This document shows, one piece after another, positions 10,649 through 20,280 of a stretch of DNA of 64,000 nucleotides (within the stretch, counting starts at the first letter, position 1; every line of letters begins with the position of its first letter). The notes beneath the pieces were generated by a model that worked only from the letters and a program-made list of their open reading frames with translations, ran no database searches and was not told the origin of the DNA. Location: positions 35,986 through 99,985 of IMG/VR virus record IMGVR_UViG_3300045988_173642. One strand, given 5' to 3'. The translations under genes and the position numbers were made by a program. The stretch comes from a virus.

Positions 10649-11419
10649 ATGATAGAACTCAACAGAATTTACAACGAAAACTGCCTCGAAGGAATGAAGA
10701 AGATTCCGGACGAAAGCGTGGATTGCATTGTGTGTGACTTGCCATACGGCGCATTGAATAAAGGAAACGAAAAAGCGCAATGGGATAACGTTATCCCGAC
10801 GGAACTGCTATTTCGGGAGTATTGGCGTGTAGCAAAAGCCGCCGCGCCCGTTATTCTCTTCTGCCAAGGAATGTTCACGGCGCAACTGATGATGGCAGAA
10901 CGGAAAAACTGGCGATATAACCTCGTGTGGATGAAGGACAGACCTACTGGCTTTCTCAACGCGAAGCGCATGCCTATGCGGAAACATGAGGACATCGCCG
11001 TGTTCTATCGCGCTTTGCCGACGTTCCATCCGCAAATGCAACAAGGGGTTCCATCTCATCCGCGAGGGCACAAACACGTGAAGACGAAGGGAAACGCTTG
11101 CTACGGCAGTTACGACATAGGAATCTATTCCAAGGAAGTGACCACAGAGAAATACCCAACATCCATTATCTACTTTCCCAAAGAGAAACAACTGGGAATG
11201 CACCCAACGCAAAAACCTGTTGCCCTTCTTCAGTATCTCATCCGCACCTACTCCAACGAGGGCGACACAATCTTAGACAACTGCATGGGGAGCGGCACTA
11301 CTGCCATTGCAGCCATCCGAGAAAAACGCAAATTCGTCGGATTTGAACTCAACAAGGAATATTACGAAAAAGCCTGCAAACGCATCCAAAAGGAACAAGC
11401 GCAACTCACGCTGTTCTAA
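10649..11419 (+). CDS. DNA methyltransferase, beta class (N6A/N4C, N4_N6 methylase domain)
   Basis: N-terminal CIVCDLPYG (DPPY-type motif IV) and C-terminal ILDNCMGSGTTAIAA (FxGxG motif I). This motif order is typical of beta-class enzymes. Confidence 0.88.
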   Translation: MIELNRIYNENCLEGMKKIPDESVDCIVCDLPYGALNKGNEKAQWDNVIPTELLFREYWRVAKAAAPVILFCQGMFTAQLMMAERKNWRYNLVWMKDRPTGFLNAKRMPMRKHEDIAVFYRALPTFHPQMQQGVPSHPRGHKHVKTKGNACYGSYDIGIYSKEVTTEKYPTSIIYFPKEKQLGMHPTQKPVALLQYLIRTYSNEGDTILDNCMGSGTTAIAAIREKRKFVGFELNKEYYEKACKRIQKEQAQLTLF

Positions 11420-11439
11420 CACACACCAACACTTAAACA

Positions 11440-11667
11440 ATGAGCAAACACGGACGAAGCAAATATTTCAATAAGATTCCGCCTTTTAAGCCCGACCCGG
11501 AACACTACACACGGAAACAACACTCCTGGAAGGCAAAAGTGGCCTACGAAACGGAGGAAGAAGCGTGGGAGTTCCTGCAACAGAATCCAAAGATGATGGC
11601 GCAGGGCTATCGGGCTTACCGATGCAGGGCGTGCCAGAGATGGCACGTGGGACACAAAGCAAACTAA
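11440..11667 (+). CDS. small Cys/His protein, hypothetical
   Basis: 75 aa ending YRCRACQRWHVGHKAN, immediately upstream of the large terminase. Confidence 0.55.
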   Translation: MSKHGRSKYFNKIPPFKPDPEHYTRKQHSWKAKVAYETEEEAWEFLQQNPKMMAQGYRAYRCRACQRWHVGHKAN

Positions 11668-11701
11668 GGAACGAAGAACAATTCAAAACCAAGAACAAGA
11701 G

Positions 11702-13702
11702 ATGCAACAGGCACACAACATTTATCTAACCAAATTCCAGCAACAGTCGCTCTACATGGGGGCGAAGGATGAGCGCGTGATTGCGGCCCGCCGCGTGGGT
11801 AAGACGGACGGACTTGTGGCTCCTTACGTCTGGACGGCAAGTAACTCAATGCCTGGTATGCTCGGCGCATGGGTGGCGGTGTCGCGCCAACAGGGATTTG
11901 GCAAAACGATTCCAGGGACGATGGCCGCAATGGAGCGTATGTTTGGCTTCACGCAAGGCATTCATTTTGGATGGGGACGACCGCCGAAGCATGCGCGAGA
12001 GAGCATTTTCAAACCGAAGAACTATGACAACTACATTTGGTTTGCCAATGGTGCCGGATGGGTTCTTATTTCTCTCTCGCAGACGGCATCTGCCAACTCC
12101 TATACTTTCTCGGCGATGGTGGGCGACGAAGCCAGATTCTTTCCTTATAAGAAGGTGACGGACGAACTGATGCCGGCACTGTCGGGTCAAACGCATCCGC
12201 TGGGCAATATCAACTTCTCAGACTACAATCCTTGGTATAAGTCGACACGCTTTCTCTCTGATGCCTCACTCACGGCGAAGGGCTCGTGGCTGGAAAAAGA
12301 AGAAGAAAAGCTGGAAAAGGAAGTAGAGATTGGCCCTTTCAAGGGAAAGACGTATCGTTGGGTGCAGGAACGCTTGGAGGAATATGCCGACAAGGTGATA
12401 CGCTACAACGACCTTCTGTATAACGCGAAAAAGACAGGGCACGGAGTACACGTGGTCAACGCCGATCTGCGCACGATGATACGCGCCGTCGCACTGAAGA
12501 TGATGAACCACGAAGGGCCGTTTCGCATAATGCCCAACCACGGCAAACACGTGACAAAAGGCATGGTGGAGATGGCCGTCAATTATAAGCTGGTGCCGCA
12601 AGAAGATGCCGAACTCATTTACGATTACGAATATCTGATTACGCCAGAAGAGGACTTTGAAATGCAAATGTTCCTGCGCTCAAAGAAATTCTCCGAGGAC
12701 TATCTGAGAGAACTTCGCCGCGTGGCTTTCTGTGTGCGACGGGCATCATCGCTCGACAATGTGGACATCCTGGGTGAAGACTATATCCGGCAGATGAAAC
12801 GTGACTTGCCCCCATATACCTTCGCGGTTTCAATTCTCAACGTGAAGGTGCAGAAGTCGAACGACGGTTTTTATTCAAACCTCGACATAGACCATGTTCA
12901 TGGATATATCCCCGACGAAATAGACCCTCTCACGGCCGCCAATTTTAAGACTCAGAAGGCCACGGGCATCATCAACGGCAAGCGCATCACGAGCGAGAGC
13001 TATCAGCCTGACTTCCAAGAACTCGCTGAGCGAAACGACTGCCGCATGGATGCTGACTGCATTAACGCGCTTCCGTTGTATATAGCGTTTGACTACAATG
13101 CCAATCTGAACACGCTCGTTGTTGGGCAACGGTATGAACGCGATGGCATGGATTGCTTGAACGTGATAAAGAGTTTCTACGTGAAGAACGAGCGCAAATT
13201 GCGCGAACTCATTGCGGATTTCTCCGACTATTATGCGCCGAAGCGAGCCATCAACCCCGACGTGACGTTCTTCTATGATGCCACGGCCAAGCAGGGGGCA
13301 TCCTACGCTTCAACAGACGAACGCTTCTACATGACCGTGATTTCGGAACTGGAGAAACGCGGATGGAACGTCACGGCGATTGACATGGGGGCACCGGAAC
13401 GCCACGATGTCAAACACAAGATTATTAATGAAGGCTTGGCCCACCAGTCGCCGCCGGCCATCCGCATCAACCAAACAAACAACCCAGACCTTATCATCGC
13501 CATGCAGCTCTGCGAGGTGGAAATATCTTACAGGGGATTCCACAAAGACAAATCGGGAGAGAAAAAGCCGGAGAGCGAAGATTCGGATTCTCTACCGCTC
13601 CAGCAACGAACGGACTTCACGGATGCTTTCGACACACTGTATCTCGGCGTCAAACTTTTTCTTGGCGGATGGGGATGGGTGGTCATGCCCAGCGGAAGAT
13701 AG
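11702..13702 (+). CDS. terL: terminase large subunit
   Basis: 666 aa. Walker A-like AARRVGKTDG and Walker B-like MVGDEARF, with an acidic nuclease-like C-terminal half (IAFDYNANLNTLVVGQ). Confidence 0.78.
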   Translation: MQQAHNIYLTKFQQQSLYMGAKDERVIAARRVGKTDGLVAPYVWTASNSMPGMLGAWVAVSRQQGFGKTIPGTMAAMERMFGFTQGIHFGWGRPPKHARESIFKPKNYDNYIWFANGAGWVLISLSQTASANSYTFSAMVGDEARFFPYKKVTDELMPALSGQTHPLGNINFSDYNPWYKSTRFLSDASLTAKGSWLEKEEEKLEKEVEIGPFKGKTYRWVQERLEEYADKVIRYNDLLYNAKKTGHGVHVVNADLRTMIRAVALKMMNHEGPFRIMPNHGKHVTKGMVEMAVNYKLVPQEDAELIYDYEYLITPEEDFEMQMFLRSKKFSEDYLRELRRVAFCVRRASSLDNVDILGEDYIRQMKRDLPPYTFAVSILNVKVQKSNDGFYSNLDIDHVHGYIPDEIDPLTAANFKTQKATGIINGKRITSESYQPDFQELAERNDCRMDADCINALPLYIAFDYNANLNTLVVGQRYERDGMDCLNVIKSFYVKNERKLRELIADFSDYYAPKRAINPDVTFFYDATAKQGASYASTDERFYMTVISELEKRGWNVTAIDMGAPERHDVKHKIINEGLAHQSPPAIRINQTNNPDLIIAMQLCEVEISYRGFHKDKSGEKKPESEDSDSLPLQQRTDFTDAFDTLYLGVKLFLGGWGWVVMPSGR

Positions 13703-13715
13703 CAAACACCACGCA

Positions 13716-13753
13716 ACAAAAAAAGGCAGACGTTTCACAACGGCTGCCTTTTT
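13716..13753. terminator. bidirectional rho-independent terminator between convergent operons
   Basis: aaaaaaa-ggcagacg-tttcacaa-cggctgcc-ttttt: a stem flanked by an A-run and a T-run, just after the terL stop. Confidence 0.7.
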
Positions 13754-13818
13754 CGTCTCTTCGCTAAGAGACTCGTTCTTAACTCATGATTTAAATAGTT
13801 CACTACATTATTCACACT

Positions 13819-14148
13819 TTACATCATCTCATGCCGCGCCCCTCGGAGCCACGACTTGAGGTTTATATATTGCTCATGGTCGAAATTGGCATCCCGCCAT
13901 GCAGCATATTGCCTATATGTTAGTTCGTTTTCAACGACACGCACCATGTCTTCCACGCCAAGACAATCACATTCTTCAAAATCGCAGACGCCGCCACGCT
14001 CATCGGCCACCCAATACCAATTGCGACAACCGTCAAACAACTGGCTGTTGACTTCTTCGGCCAGAGCGTCGCACGCTTCCTTGAACACACGAACAGCGCC
14101 AATGGCACCATGCCGCTCCTTAGTTTTCTTCAATATCTTGTTGATCAT
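13819..14148 (-). CDS. hypothetical protein
   Basis: 109-aa ORF, last gene of the minus-strand operon before the convergent terminator. No motif recognised. Confidence 0.55.
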   Translation of the reverse strand: MINKILKKTKERHGAIGAVRVFKEACDALAEEVNSQLFDGCRNWYWVADERGGVCDFEECDCLGVEDMVRVVENELTYRQYAAWRDANFDHEQYINLKSWLRGARHEMM

Positions 14149-14164
14149 ATTCGTTTGGTTTTAA

Positions 14165-14410
14165 TCAAAGCACCGCAAATTCCTGTTGCTTTTGGTCGCG
14201 ATGTGCCTTGATGTATTGTTTGATTTGCTGGATGATGTCGTTTTTTTCTTCGGCCGTTATGTAAGCTTCTAAATCGACGTAACCCATTCCTTTCGCACAT
14301 CGAAAATAATAGAAATCATCTTTGACCGATTCCAAATACAACAGAGTGTCATTAAACCTCGTCAACTCTTTACAGACTTTATTGGCTTTATCTAAATCTT
14401 CCTGTTTCAT
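14165..14410 (-). CDS. hypothetical protein
   Basis: 81-aa ORF with a 4-nt overlap with the upstream gene (coupled). Confidence 0.55.
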   Translation of the reverse strand: MKQEDLDKANKVCKELTRFNDTLLYLESVKDDFYYFRCAKGMGYVDLEAYITAEEKNDIIQQIKQYIKAHRDQKQQEFAVL

Positions 14411-14862
14411 TGTTCCAGTATTAATGGTTTAACTCTTAATCTGCATCCCATCGCATCTAACAAGGCTTGCAATTCATGAACGCCGTGTATGCAGTTCAAA
14501 ACCATTCCGACCTTCCTATCCACGAAACATCCGGGGAAAACAAAAGGGCAAAATCCGTCTCCGTCCACTGATTTTCGGATGCCGATTAACTTGTCATCAA
14601 ATAATCTAACCATCAAAGGACCACCATACACATAGTCCCAGCCGTGCGCCTTCAATATGGCCTCACTCAATGGAAACGGCGACATACTGAGTGCTGATGT
14701 TATGCTATTTTGTGTGCCGCCTTTTTCGTAGATTTCCTTATGGCGTATCATTCCACTTATACTATCAACACCAAGCACGACGGAATACACGTAGCTATTA
14801 AAATGATTATTGTCTTGCACGACGATGTCGCCAATACGCAATGAATTGATGTTAATGCTCAT
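14407..14862 (-). CDS. hypothetical protein, paralog of 15644..16105
   Basis: 151 aa. It shares IRIGDI., ISG.IRH.E.YE..GTQ, MSPFPLS..LLKA.GW and VHELQALLD blocks with the 153-aa ORF 15644..16105. Confidence 0.7.
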   Translation of the reverse strand: MSININSLRIGDIVVQDNNHFNSYVYSVVLGVDSISGMIRHKEIYEKGGTQNSITSALSMSPFPLSEAILKAHGWDYVYGGPLMVRLFDDKLIGIRKSVDGDGFCPFVFPGCFVDRKVGMVLNCIHGVHELQALLDAMGCRLRVKPLILEQ

Positions 14863-14877
14863 AGCTTTTGTGATTTA

Positions 14878-15468
14878 TCATTTCTTAATCAGGTTGAAGT
14901 CCGCCAAAATTTTGATGAATTGTTTGCCACAATACGTGGCGAGATCATTGCTCTTAAAGCAAAGGCAAGAACCGAAGCTCGCATCCGTACACGAGGGGGA
15001 GTAAATCGTACCCGCATAAGCGAAGCCCGCCCAGTCTCCTGAATAGTCGCCTGTTGATATGAGGTGTCGGTCGGCTTTCCATTCGTCACTCTTCTCCGAC
15101 AGTTCTTCTTCCGTCCATAGCGCGAACCAAGGAAACCAACGCCGCTCGTATTTTGTGAACAGAGGTTTCCAACCCTCATTCAGGGCGGCGGCGATGATAC
15201 AAAGCTTCAAGTATGCAATAAAGTCGTGACCGTCACTTGTAAAATTTCCGCTTTTCACAATCGCATGATATTGCTCTACGAAAAGGTTGTCTTCTCCCAA
15301 CTCACGGCAAGCGTCCTCAAAGGTCTTCACACGTTCTATAATCGGGCGATTTGCGACTGTCTGTGCCTCTGTTTCTTTCAATTCGGGTAAGAGAGCAAGA
15401 AGTACTTTTTTGACGCTCTTGTCGGCGGCTTTCAAAGCAGCTTTTGCGTTTTCAATATTGATTTCCAT
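14878..15468 (-). CDS. hypothetical protein
   Basis: 196-aa ORF between the two paralogs. No motif recognised. Confidence 0.6.
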   Translation of the reverse strand: MEINIENAKAALKAADKSVKKVLLALLPELKETEAQTVANRPIIERVKTFEDACRELGEDNLFVEQYHAIVKSGNFTSDGHDFIAYLKLCIIAAALNEGWKPLFTKYERRWFPWFALWTEEELSEKSDEWKADRHLISTGDYSGDWAGFAYAGTIYSPSCTDASFGSCLCFKSNDLATYCGKQFIKILADFNLIKK

Positions 15469-15643
15469 AAATACTGTTATTTTTTGGTTGTTTTCTTTGA
15501 TGTCTTCTTTTGGGGTTCGGCAGCGGGCTGTTTTATTCCGCCCGTTTCAGGGTCAGCACCCACAAGGGCTTGCGCACCCATTTCCTGAGCGATAGCGGCT
15601 GCAGCTCTTTAGAGATTCTCGTATTCTGTAATATCTATGATTG

Positions 15644-16105
15644 TCAGGGTTTGATTTTTACTCTTACTCTTGATATATCTCTTATCTTCCACATATCAAG
15701 CAGCGCTTGCAGTTCATGCACAGAGTCGATTTCGTACATAAACATCGCATCGTGCATTATTTTTGAACTATCTGGAAACAATATCGGGCAGAACGCATCA
15801 TAAAATAACGCAGAAGATATAAGTCCGATGGTAATAGGCTCAAAATCTGCAAAAAGCATGCTTACTCCATTTACTGATGACTTCTGCCATCCGTTTGCTT
15901 TCAGTAATTCTACTGAAAGCGGAAACGGCGACATATCTTCGAATGAAGAAATAGCCATTTGTGTACCTTCATATTCATATACCTCTCTGTGACGAATAGT
16001 ACCGCTGATGTTGTCAATACCTTCAACGATAGAGTATTTATAGCCTTCGTACTTGTTTTCTTTGGTGATAATATCACCAATTCTTATATCACTGATGTTT
16101 ATCAT
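15644..16105 (-). CDS. hypothetical protein, paralog of 14407..14862
   Basis: 153 aa; conserved blocks as listed for 14407..14862. Confidence 0.7.
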   Translation of the reverse strand: MINISDIRIGDIITKENKYEGYKYSIVEGIDNISGTIRHREVYEYEGTQMAISSFEDMSPFPLSVELLKANGWQKSSVNGVSMLFADFEPITIGLISSALFYDAFCPILFPDSSKIMHDAMFMYEIDSVHELQALLDMWKIRDISRVRVKIKP

Positions 16106-16159
16106 TTTATTCCTCCTCGTTTATGGCTGGTATCACTTACTCACGTTTAATTTCTTTCT

Positions 16160-16411
16160 TCAATTTAACTTGTAGCACCACCCGAGAAGGCGATTAAATG
16201 ACAGCGCTAAGTTTTCTGGGCCATGAAGGGACATCATTAGGAAAAAATAACCGCTTTCATCAACTTCACCATCACAATATCCACGATATACCAGTCCGTT
16301 ATCCATCACAAAACAGGCTTCTCGGTTTTCGTCTATTTTCCCCAGTTCTTCTTTGCTTTTCAACACTCTGCGACTTCCATCTGCGAATGTTACTGTTTTT
16401 TTTGTTTCCAT
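16160..16411 (-). CDS. hypothetical protein
   Basis: 83-aa ORF, co-oriented with its neighbours. Confidence 0.5.
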   Translation of the reverse strand: METKKTVTFADGSRRVLKSKEELGKIDENREACFVMDNGLVYRGYCDGEVDESGYFFLMMSLHGPENLALSFNRLLGWCYKLN

Positions 16412-16534
16412 TGTATTTGAATTTTAAAAAGCCGTCCGTACTTGCAAATACGAACGACACCTTAGTATGAATTTATGTAATAGAGAATAGCGAAAGCACT
16501 AATTACATCTATCCATTACGGCCGCCCTTGTTAA

Positions 16535-17188
16535 CTATGGTCTCCCATCATCAACAAGTTTTACATTTAAATTCTTGTTTCCATTAATTAATTCAGCATC
16601 CGCCTGCAGGCAACGCAAGAAATGGTCGTACACGTCTAAATCATACCACCAATCTTCCTTTCCGCTCAGCACATAACGGTTTTCCAGAATCGGCCAGCGG
16701 TCAGCCGTCTGAATCCAATCCGGCGGAATGATGGAATTATAACGCTGAATGTATTTCGTTTGATGCCAAGTATCTGTTGTTCCTTCGTCACGCAACGAAC
16801 GAACAAACTCTGGGAAGTCTTCATCCGTGCGAGCATAAAGCGCATAATATTCGCCGTTGAAACGATAACACACGGCCGACAACAGACCACCGACCTTGCT
16901 GGTCTTGCACGTCACGAGATAGCGATTGCCGCGATGAAGTGCGGCCAAAGTATGAAGATAGTCCTTATGCCCTATGACTGGAACAATGCGCCCCTTCGCG
17001 TTGTAGAAGTAATTGGACCACAAGTCACGGCGGAAAAAATACCACAGGAAATCCATTTCGTCTAAGCTCATCTGTGGTATGGAAGGATAAACAATCTGTT
17101 TCCACACGTGCTGTCGCAAATGACTGCCGCGAGCAAAGCCTTCAACGGCACTGACGAAATCAAAACGATCTAAAAGAAGATGTATCAT
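16535..17188 (-). CDS. hypothetical protein
   Basis: 217-aa Trp/Tyr-rich ORF with a terminator-like hairpin plus T-run downstream (about 16430-16460). Confidence 0.6.
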   Translation of the reverse strand: MIHLLLDRFDFVSAVEGFARGSHLRQHVWKQIVYPSIPQMSLDEMDFLWYFFRRDLWSNYFYNAKGRIVPVIGHKDYLHTLAALHRGNRYLVTCKTSKVGGLLSAVCYRFNGEYYALYARTDEDFPEFVRSLRDEGTTDTWHQTKYIQRYNSIIPPDWIQTADRWPILENRYVLSGKEDWWYDLDVYDHFLRCLQADAELINGNKNLNVKLVDDGRP

Positions 17189-17448
17189 GAGCGGCCGTTT
17201 TTTGATACTCGTTCTTGCATCTGCCGGCGCCCATCACAAATGTGACGATACATCCGTGCGCTCCATTCATCGCCCGACAAACCATAAAGTTCACGGTCGG
17301 CATAGTCAATCAGACAATCTAAGGTGATATATGCACCAAGGTCAAGGGCGTTGTCGCCATTCTTGCGGCAGGCATCAGGCGTGATACCACCAAGTTTCTT
17401 TATCAGCCACATGCGGAATTTACGCATGATTTTATTTGTTTTTTTCAT
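17185..17448 (-). CDS. hypothetical protein
   Basis: 87-aa ORF with a 4-nt overlap with the downstream gene. Confidence 0.55.
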   Translation of the reverse strand: MKKTNKIMRKFRMWLIKKLGGITPDACRKNGDNALDLGAYITLDCLIDYADRELYGLSGDEWSARMYRHICDGRRQMQERVSKNGRS

Positions 17449-17450
17449 AA

Positions 17451-18011
17451 TTAGGAACGGAATAAGTTATACTTAACATCGTCGAATAAAGCCAGCTCCA
17501 CCTGCTTGCCATCGAAATGGCCAACGGCGAGGAGCATGCCATTTTCTTCTGTGGCTTCTTCCATGATGGCGTGTTGACGAATAATCATAATATCGAACTC
17601 CTTAACACAGTTGAGCGATTCAATCGGCAGAGGCTGCATCGTCTCGCGAGCAAATTCGCGGATGCGCACAAGGTCGTCTTTAGTGAGCCCAGGCGTTCGT
17701 TCTTGTGCTTTGCGAACGGCGGCCATCTCCACCTGTATGCGGTGGCGTTCGTAGGCATCCTGAATAATGCGATTGTTTTGCCAAAGTGAAACTTGGTTCA
17801 AAAAATTCAGAAAAGACTTCCGACCACGCGCCAGTTCGGGCAAAGCCAAACGCTCTTCAATCAGCAAAGCGTTGTCTTTCGGCATCCAATGAATGGCGCC
17901 GTCGCGTTCAAAGGCATCAAGATAGGCAAATATCTTGGTCAGATCGCGCAAATCCTGCAAGAGGATTCTGTTGCGCGTGAAACCTAATAAGACTTTTAAT
18001 CGTTTCCACAT
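17451..18011 (-). CDS. hypothetical protein
   Basis: 186-aa ORF, 2 nt from the next gene. Confidence 0.6.
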   Translation of the reverse strand: MWKRLKVLLGFTRNRILLQDLRDLTKIFAYLDAFERDGAIHWMPKDNALLIEERLALPELARGRKSFLNFLNQVSLWQNNRIIQDAYERHRIQVEMAAVRKAQERTPGLTKDDLVRIREFARETMQPLPIESLNCVKEFDIMIIRQHAIMEEATEENGMLLAVGHFDGKQVELALFDDVKYNLFRS

Positions 18012-18020
18012 AATCTAATT

Positions 18021-18065
18021 TTTAAAAAGAAAAGGCCGCCTCTATCCTCACGGACCGAAGCGGCC
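18021..18065 (-). terminator. rho-independent terminator with a GUGA-capped inner stem
   Basis: On the minus strand: ggccgc..tcc-GTGA-gga..gcggcc followed by ttttctttttaaa. It lies after the stop of 18104..18451. Confidence 0.65.
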
Positions 18066-18103
18066 GTACTTATTCAATAATCAATAACACTTTCAATGTT
18101 TTA

Positions 18104-18451
18104 TCAATGCGCCACGAAACGTGTGCCGTCAACCTCCAAAACGAGGATGTCGTTGACCACGCGGATTTCCTTACTACTGACGAACTGCACTTTTCGCTGA
18201 TGGCGCATAACATCAACTGAAAGGCACACACATTCGCCTTCATCAACGTGTCCTGTCTTTGTGAGGAATTTTATGTAGAAGGATTTGCGCTGAACGTTGG
18301 TGGCCGTCTGCGGATGAACGTAGCCAGTCACTTGCTGATGGCTACGCGGGTCGGTCCATTGCCATTTCTCGCAATAGCGACGCAGTTCCGTGAAACTCTG
18401 GGTTGGTCTTGTCCTCATACTAATCATCGTTATATGGCGGAAATTCGTCAT
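18104..18451 (-). CDS. hypothetical protein
   Basis: 115-aa ORF. The annotated start overlaps the upstream gene by 32 nt; an internal Met (MRTRPTQ, about 18418) is more likely. Confidence 0.55.
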   Translation of the reverse strand: MTNFRHITMISMRTRPTQSFTELRRYCEKWQWTDPRSHQQVTGYVHPQTATNVQRKSFYIKFLTKTGHVDEGECVCLSVDVMRHQRKVQFVSSKEIRVVNDILVLEVDGTRFVAH

Positions 18452-19052
18452 GAAGGAACAACATCAACTCTTTGCAGAGCTTCGCTGGCTTCACCTTGCG
18501 AACTTGCTGGCGATGGCGCAACACGTCGGGGAAGAGCACATTGCGGAATGGATGGCTCCACTCTCTTTCCTTTCGCGAATAGGCGTGCATCGGATAGAAG
18601 TTGGCATGGTAGGCTGTCAGGCCGGAATCGATGTAACGCGAATACATCGGTCCCTGGATGATGACCCCACGTTCTTCGTTGTAGAACACTAAATGGGCAG
18701 AAAGGTCGGAAACATCACGGTGGCTGACATAGAGCACACGCGAACGATAGTCGGCTAAATAGCGATCAACCATTGCCTGATAGTCGCCAGAAGTTGAAAG
18801 CACAAGCGCATTTATCCATTTACGTTCAAAACATTGCTGGAGAAAAACGAAGGTCTCCGCAGCGACAACTGGCTGGCTGAGCACCATGACGTGGCCTTCG
18901 TCGACAAGATAGGCAACAGCACGGTAGAACTTTTCCATCGTCACATCGCCGTGCGTGTAAAACGAGAGAGAAAAGCGCTCCGCCTGCATCAACGCCTTTG
19001 GCAAGGTCTTGTCGACGCAGCAAGGCTGGATGAAGAGCATGTTATCGTCCAT
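18420..19052 (-). CDS. hypothetical protein
   Basis: 210-aa ORF directly downstream of the clamp gene. Confidence 0.6.
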   Translation of the reverse strand: MDDNMLFIQPCCVDKTLPKALMQAERFSLSFYTHGDVTMEKFYRAVAYLVDEGHVMVLSQPVVAAETFVFLQQCFERKWINALVLSTSGDYQAMVDRYLADYRSRVLYVSHRDVSDLSAHLVFYNEERGVIIQGPMYSRYIDSGLTAYHANFYPMHAYSRKEREWSHPFRNVLFPDVLRHRQQVRKVKPAKLCKELMLFLHDEFPPYNDD

Positions 19053-19077
19053 TTCTTTAGATTTTATTCGTTATTGG

Positions 19078-20265
19078 TTAGTCATCTATGACCATCGGCA
19101 TACACATGGTGAGCACTGACGGTGCAGGAATATCGGCCGTGAACAACATCTGATGTCTCTCATCCGAAAATTGCATGCGGATGTCTGGCGCATCGATGGC
19201 ACTCAGTGCTGAAGAAAGGTAAGATGAGTTGACGCCGATGCGGAATCCATCAAGACATTCGGCATTGGAGACCAGCACTTGGTCAGCAGCCGACGTAGAG
19301 AAGTCAACGTCGCGCGAAGAGACATCCAAGAACATACCGTTTTTCTCAAGCACAAGCAGGTTGCTCGACTTGTCGCCAAACAGACTAACGAGCTTGATGG
19401 TCTCCAGCATTTCGCGCTTGTTGAACACAACGTAATACGGATTGCCACGCGGAATGACGGAACCGTAATTCGGATATTTCGCCTCGCAAGTTTTACAAAT
19501 GTATTCCATCGACCCTGAAACGAACCTCAAAGAATGTGTGTCACATTCTATGTGAATTTCTTCACATCCGTCAAACACAGAGACGGCGCGGAAATAAAGT
19601 TGCGGAAGCAACATCCTGCTGGGCTGACCACCACGGAAGAAATCTCCACCGCCTGTTGCTGGATTGTTTGTGTAGTTGGTCTTAATAAGTCCGTGTCCAT
19701 CCGAGGCAACAAACACCACATCTGACAAATCTTCTGCCACATCGATGCAGATACAGTTCATCTGCGGCCGGATGATGTCTTTGGCTGTGAACGGAGCGGA
19801 ATTGTCCAACACCTTTGAGAAGAACGGAGACGGCAGGGTAATGCACGTCTTATCTTCCATCAAATCTGGCGAAATCGGGAAGTCCTTGCCATCGAAGTAA
19901 GCGAAATTGGCTTTGCCTTCTTTTACTTGCCCGCCGCTCTCCGTGCAATAGGAAAGTGAAACACTCTTGTTGCTGCCATCGAAATCGAAGGTCAGCGTGC
20001 AATCTGGAAGAGAGGAGATAAACGGCAGAATGGTCTTCACTGGCAACGCGATTGGGGAATCAAGATTGCCGTCGAAGATGGTCAAAGGGGCTGGCAGCGT
20101 TAACTGAGAACTACTTGTAGCGGCCACGAAGAAGAAGACTCCGTCGGCATGGCGAACGAGCAACACGTTATCCAGGATGGCCAACGAGTTTTTGGTGGAG
20201 ATGGCTTTGGAGGCTTTCTGCAAGACCTCTGCAAGCAGGCGTGAGGATTGAGCTTGTAATTTCAT
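19078..20265 (-). CDS. dnaN: DNA polymerase III beta sliding clamp homolog
   Basis: 395 aa. The N-terminus MKLQAQSSRLLAEVLQKASKAISTKNSLAILDNVLLV follows the DnaN pattern, the length fits a three-domain clamp, and it is embedded in replication genes. Confidence 0.75.
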   Translation of the reverse strand: MKLQAQSSRLLAEVLQKASKAISTKNSLAILDNVLLVRHADGVFFFVAATSSSQLTLPAPLTIFDGNLDSPIALPVKTILPFISSLPDCTLTFDFDGSNKSVSLSYCTESGGQVKEGKANFAYFDGKDFPISPDLMEDKTCITLPSPFFSKVLDNSAPFTAKDIIRPQMNCICIDVAEDLSDVVFVASDGHGLIKTNYTNNPATGGGDFFRGGQPSRMLLPQLYFRAVSVFDGCEEIHIECDTHSLRFVSGSMEYICKTCEAKYPNYGSVIPRGNPYYVVFNKREMLETIKLVSLFGDKSSNLLVLEKNGMFLDVSSRDVDFSTSAADQVLVSNAECLDGFRIGVNSSYLSSALSAIDAPDIRMQFSDERHQMLFTADIPAPSVLTMCMPMVIDD

Positions 20266-20280
20266 GCTTCGTTTGTTTTA

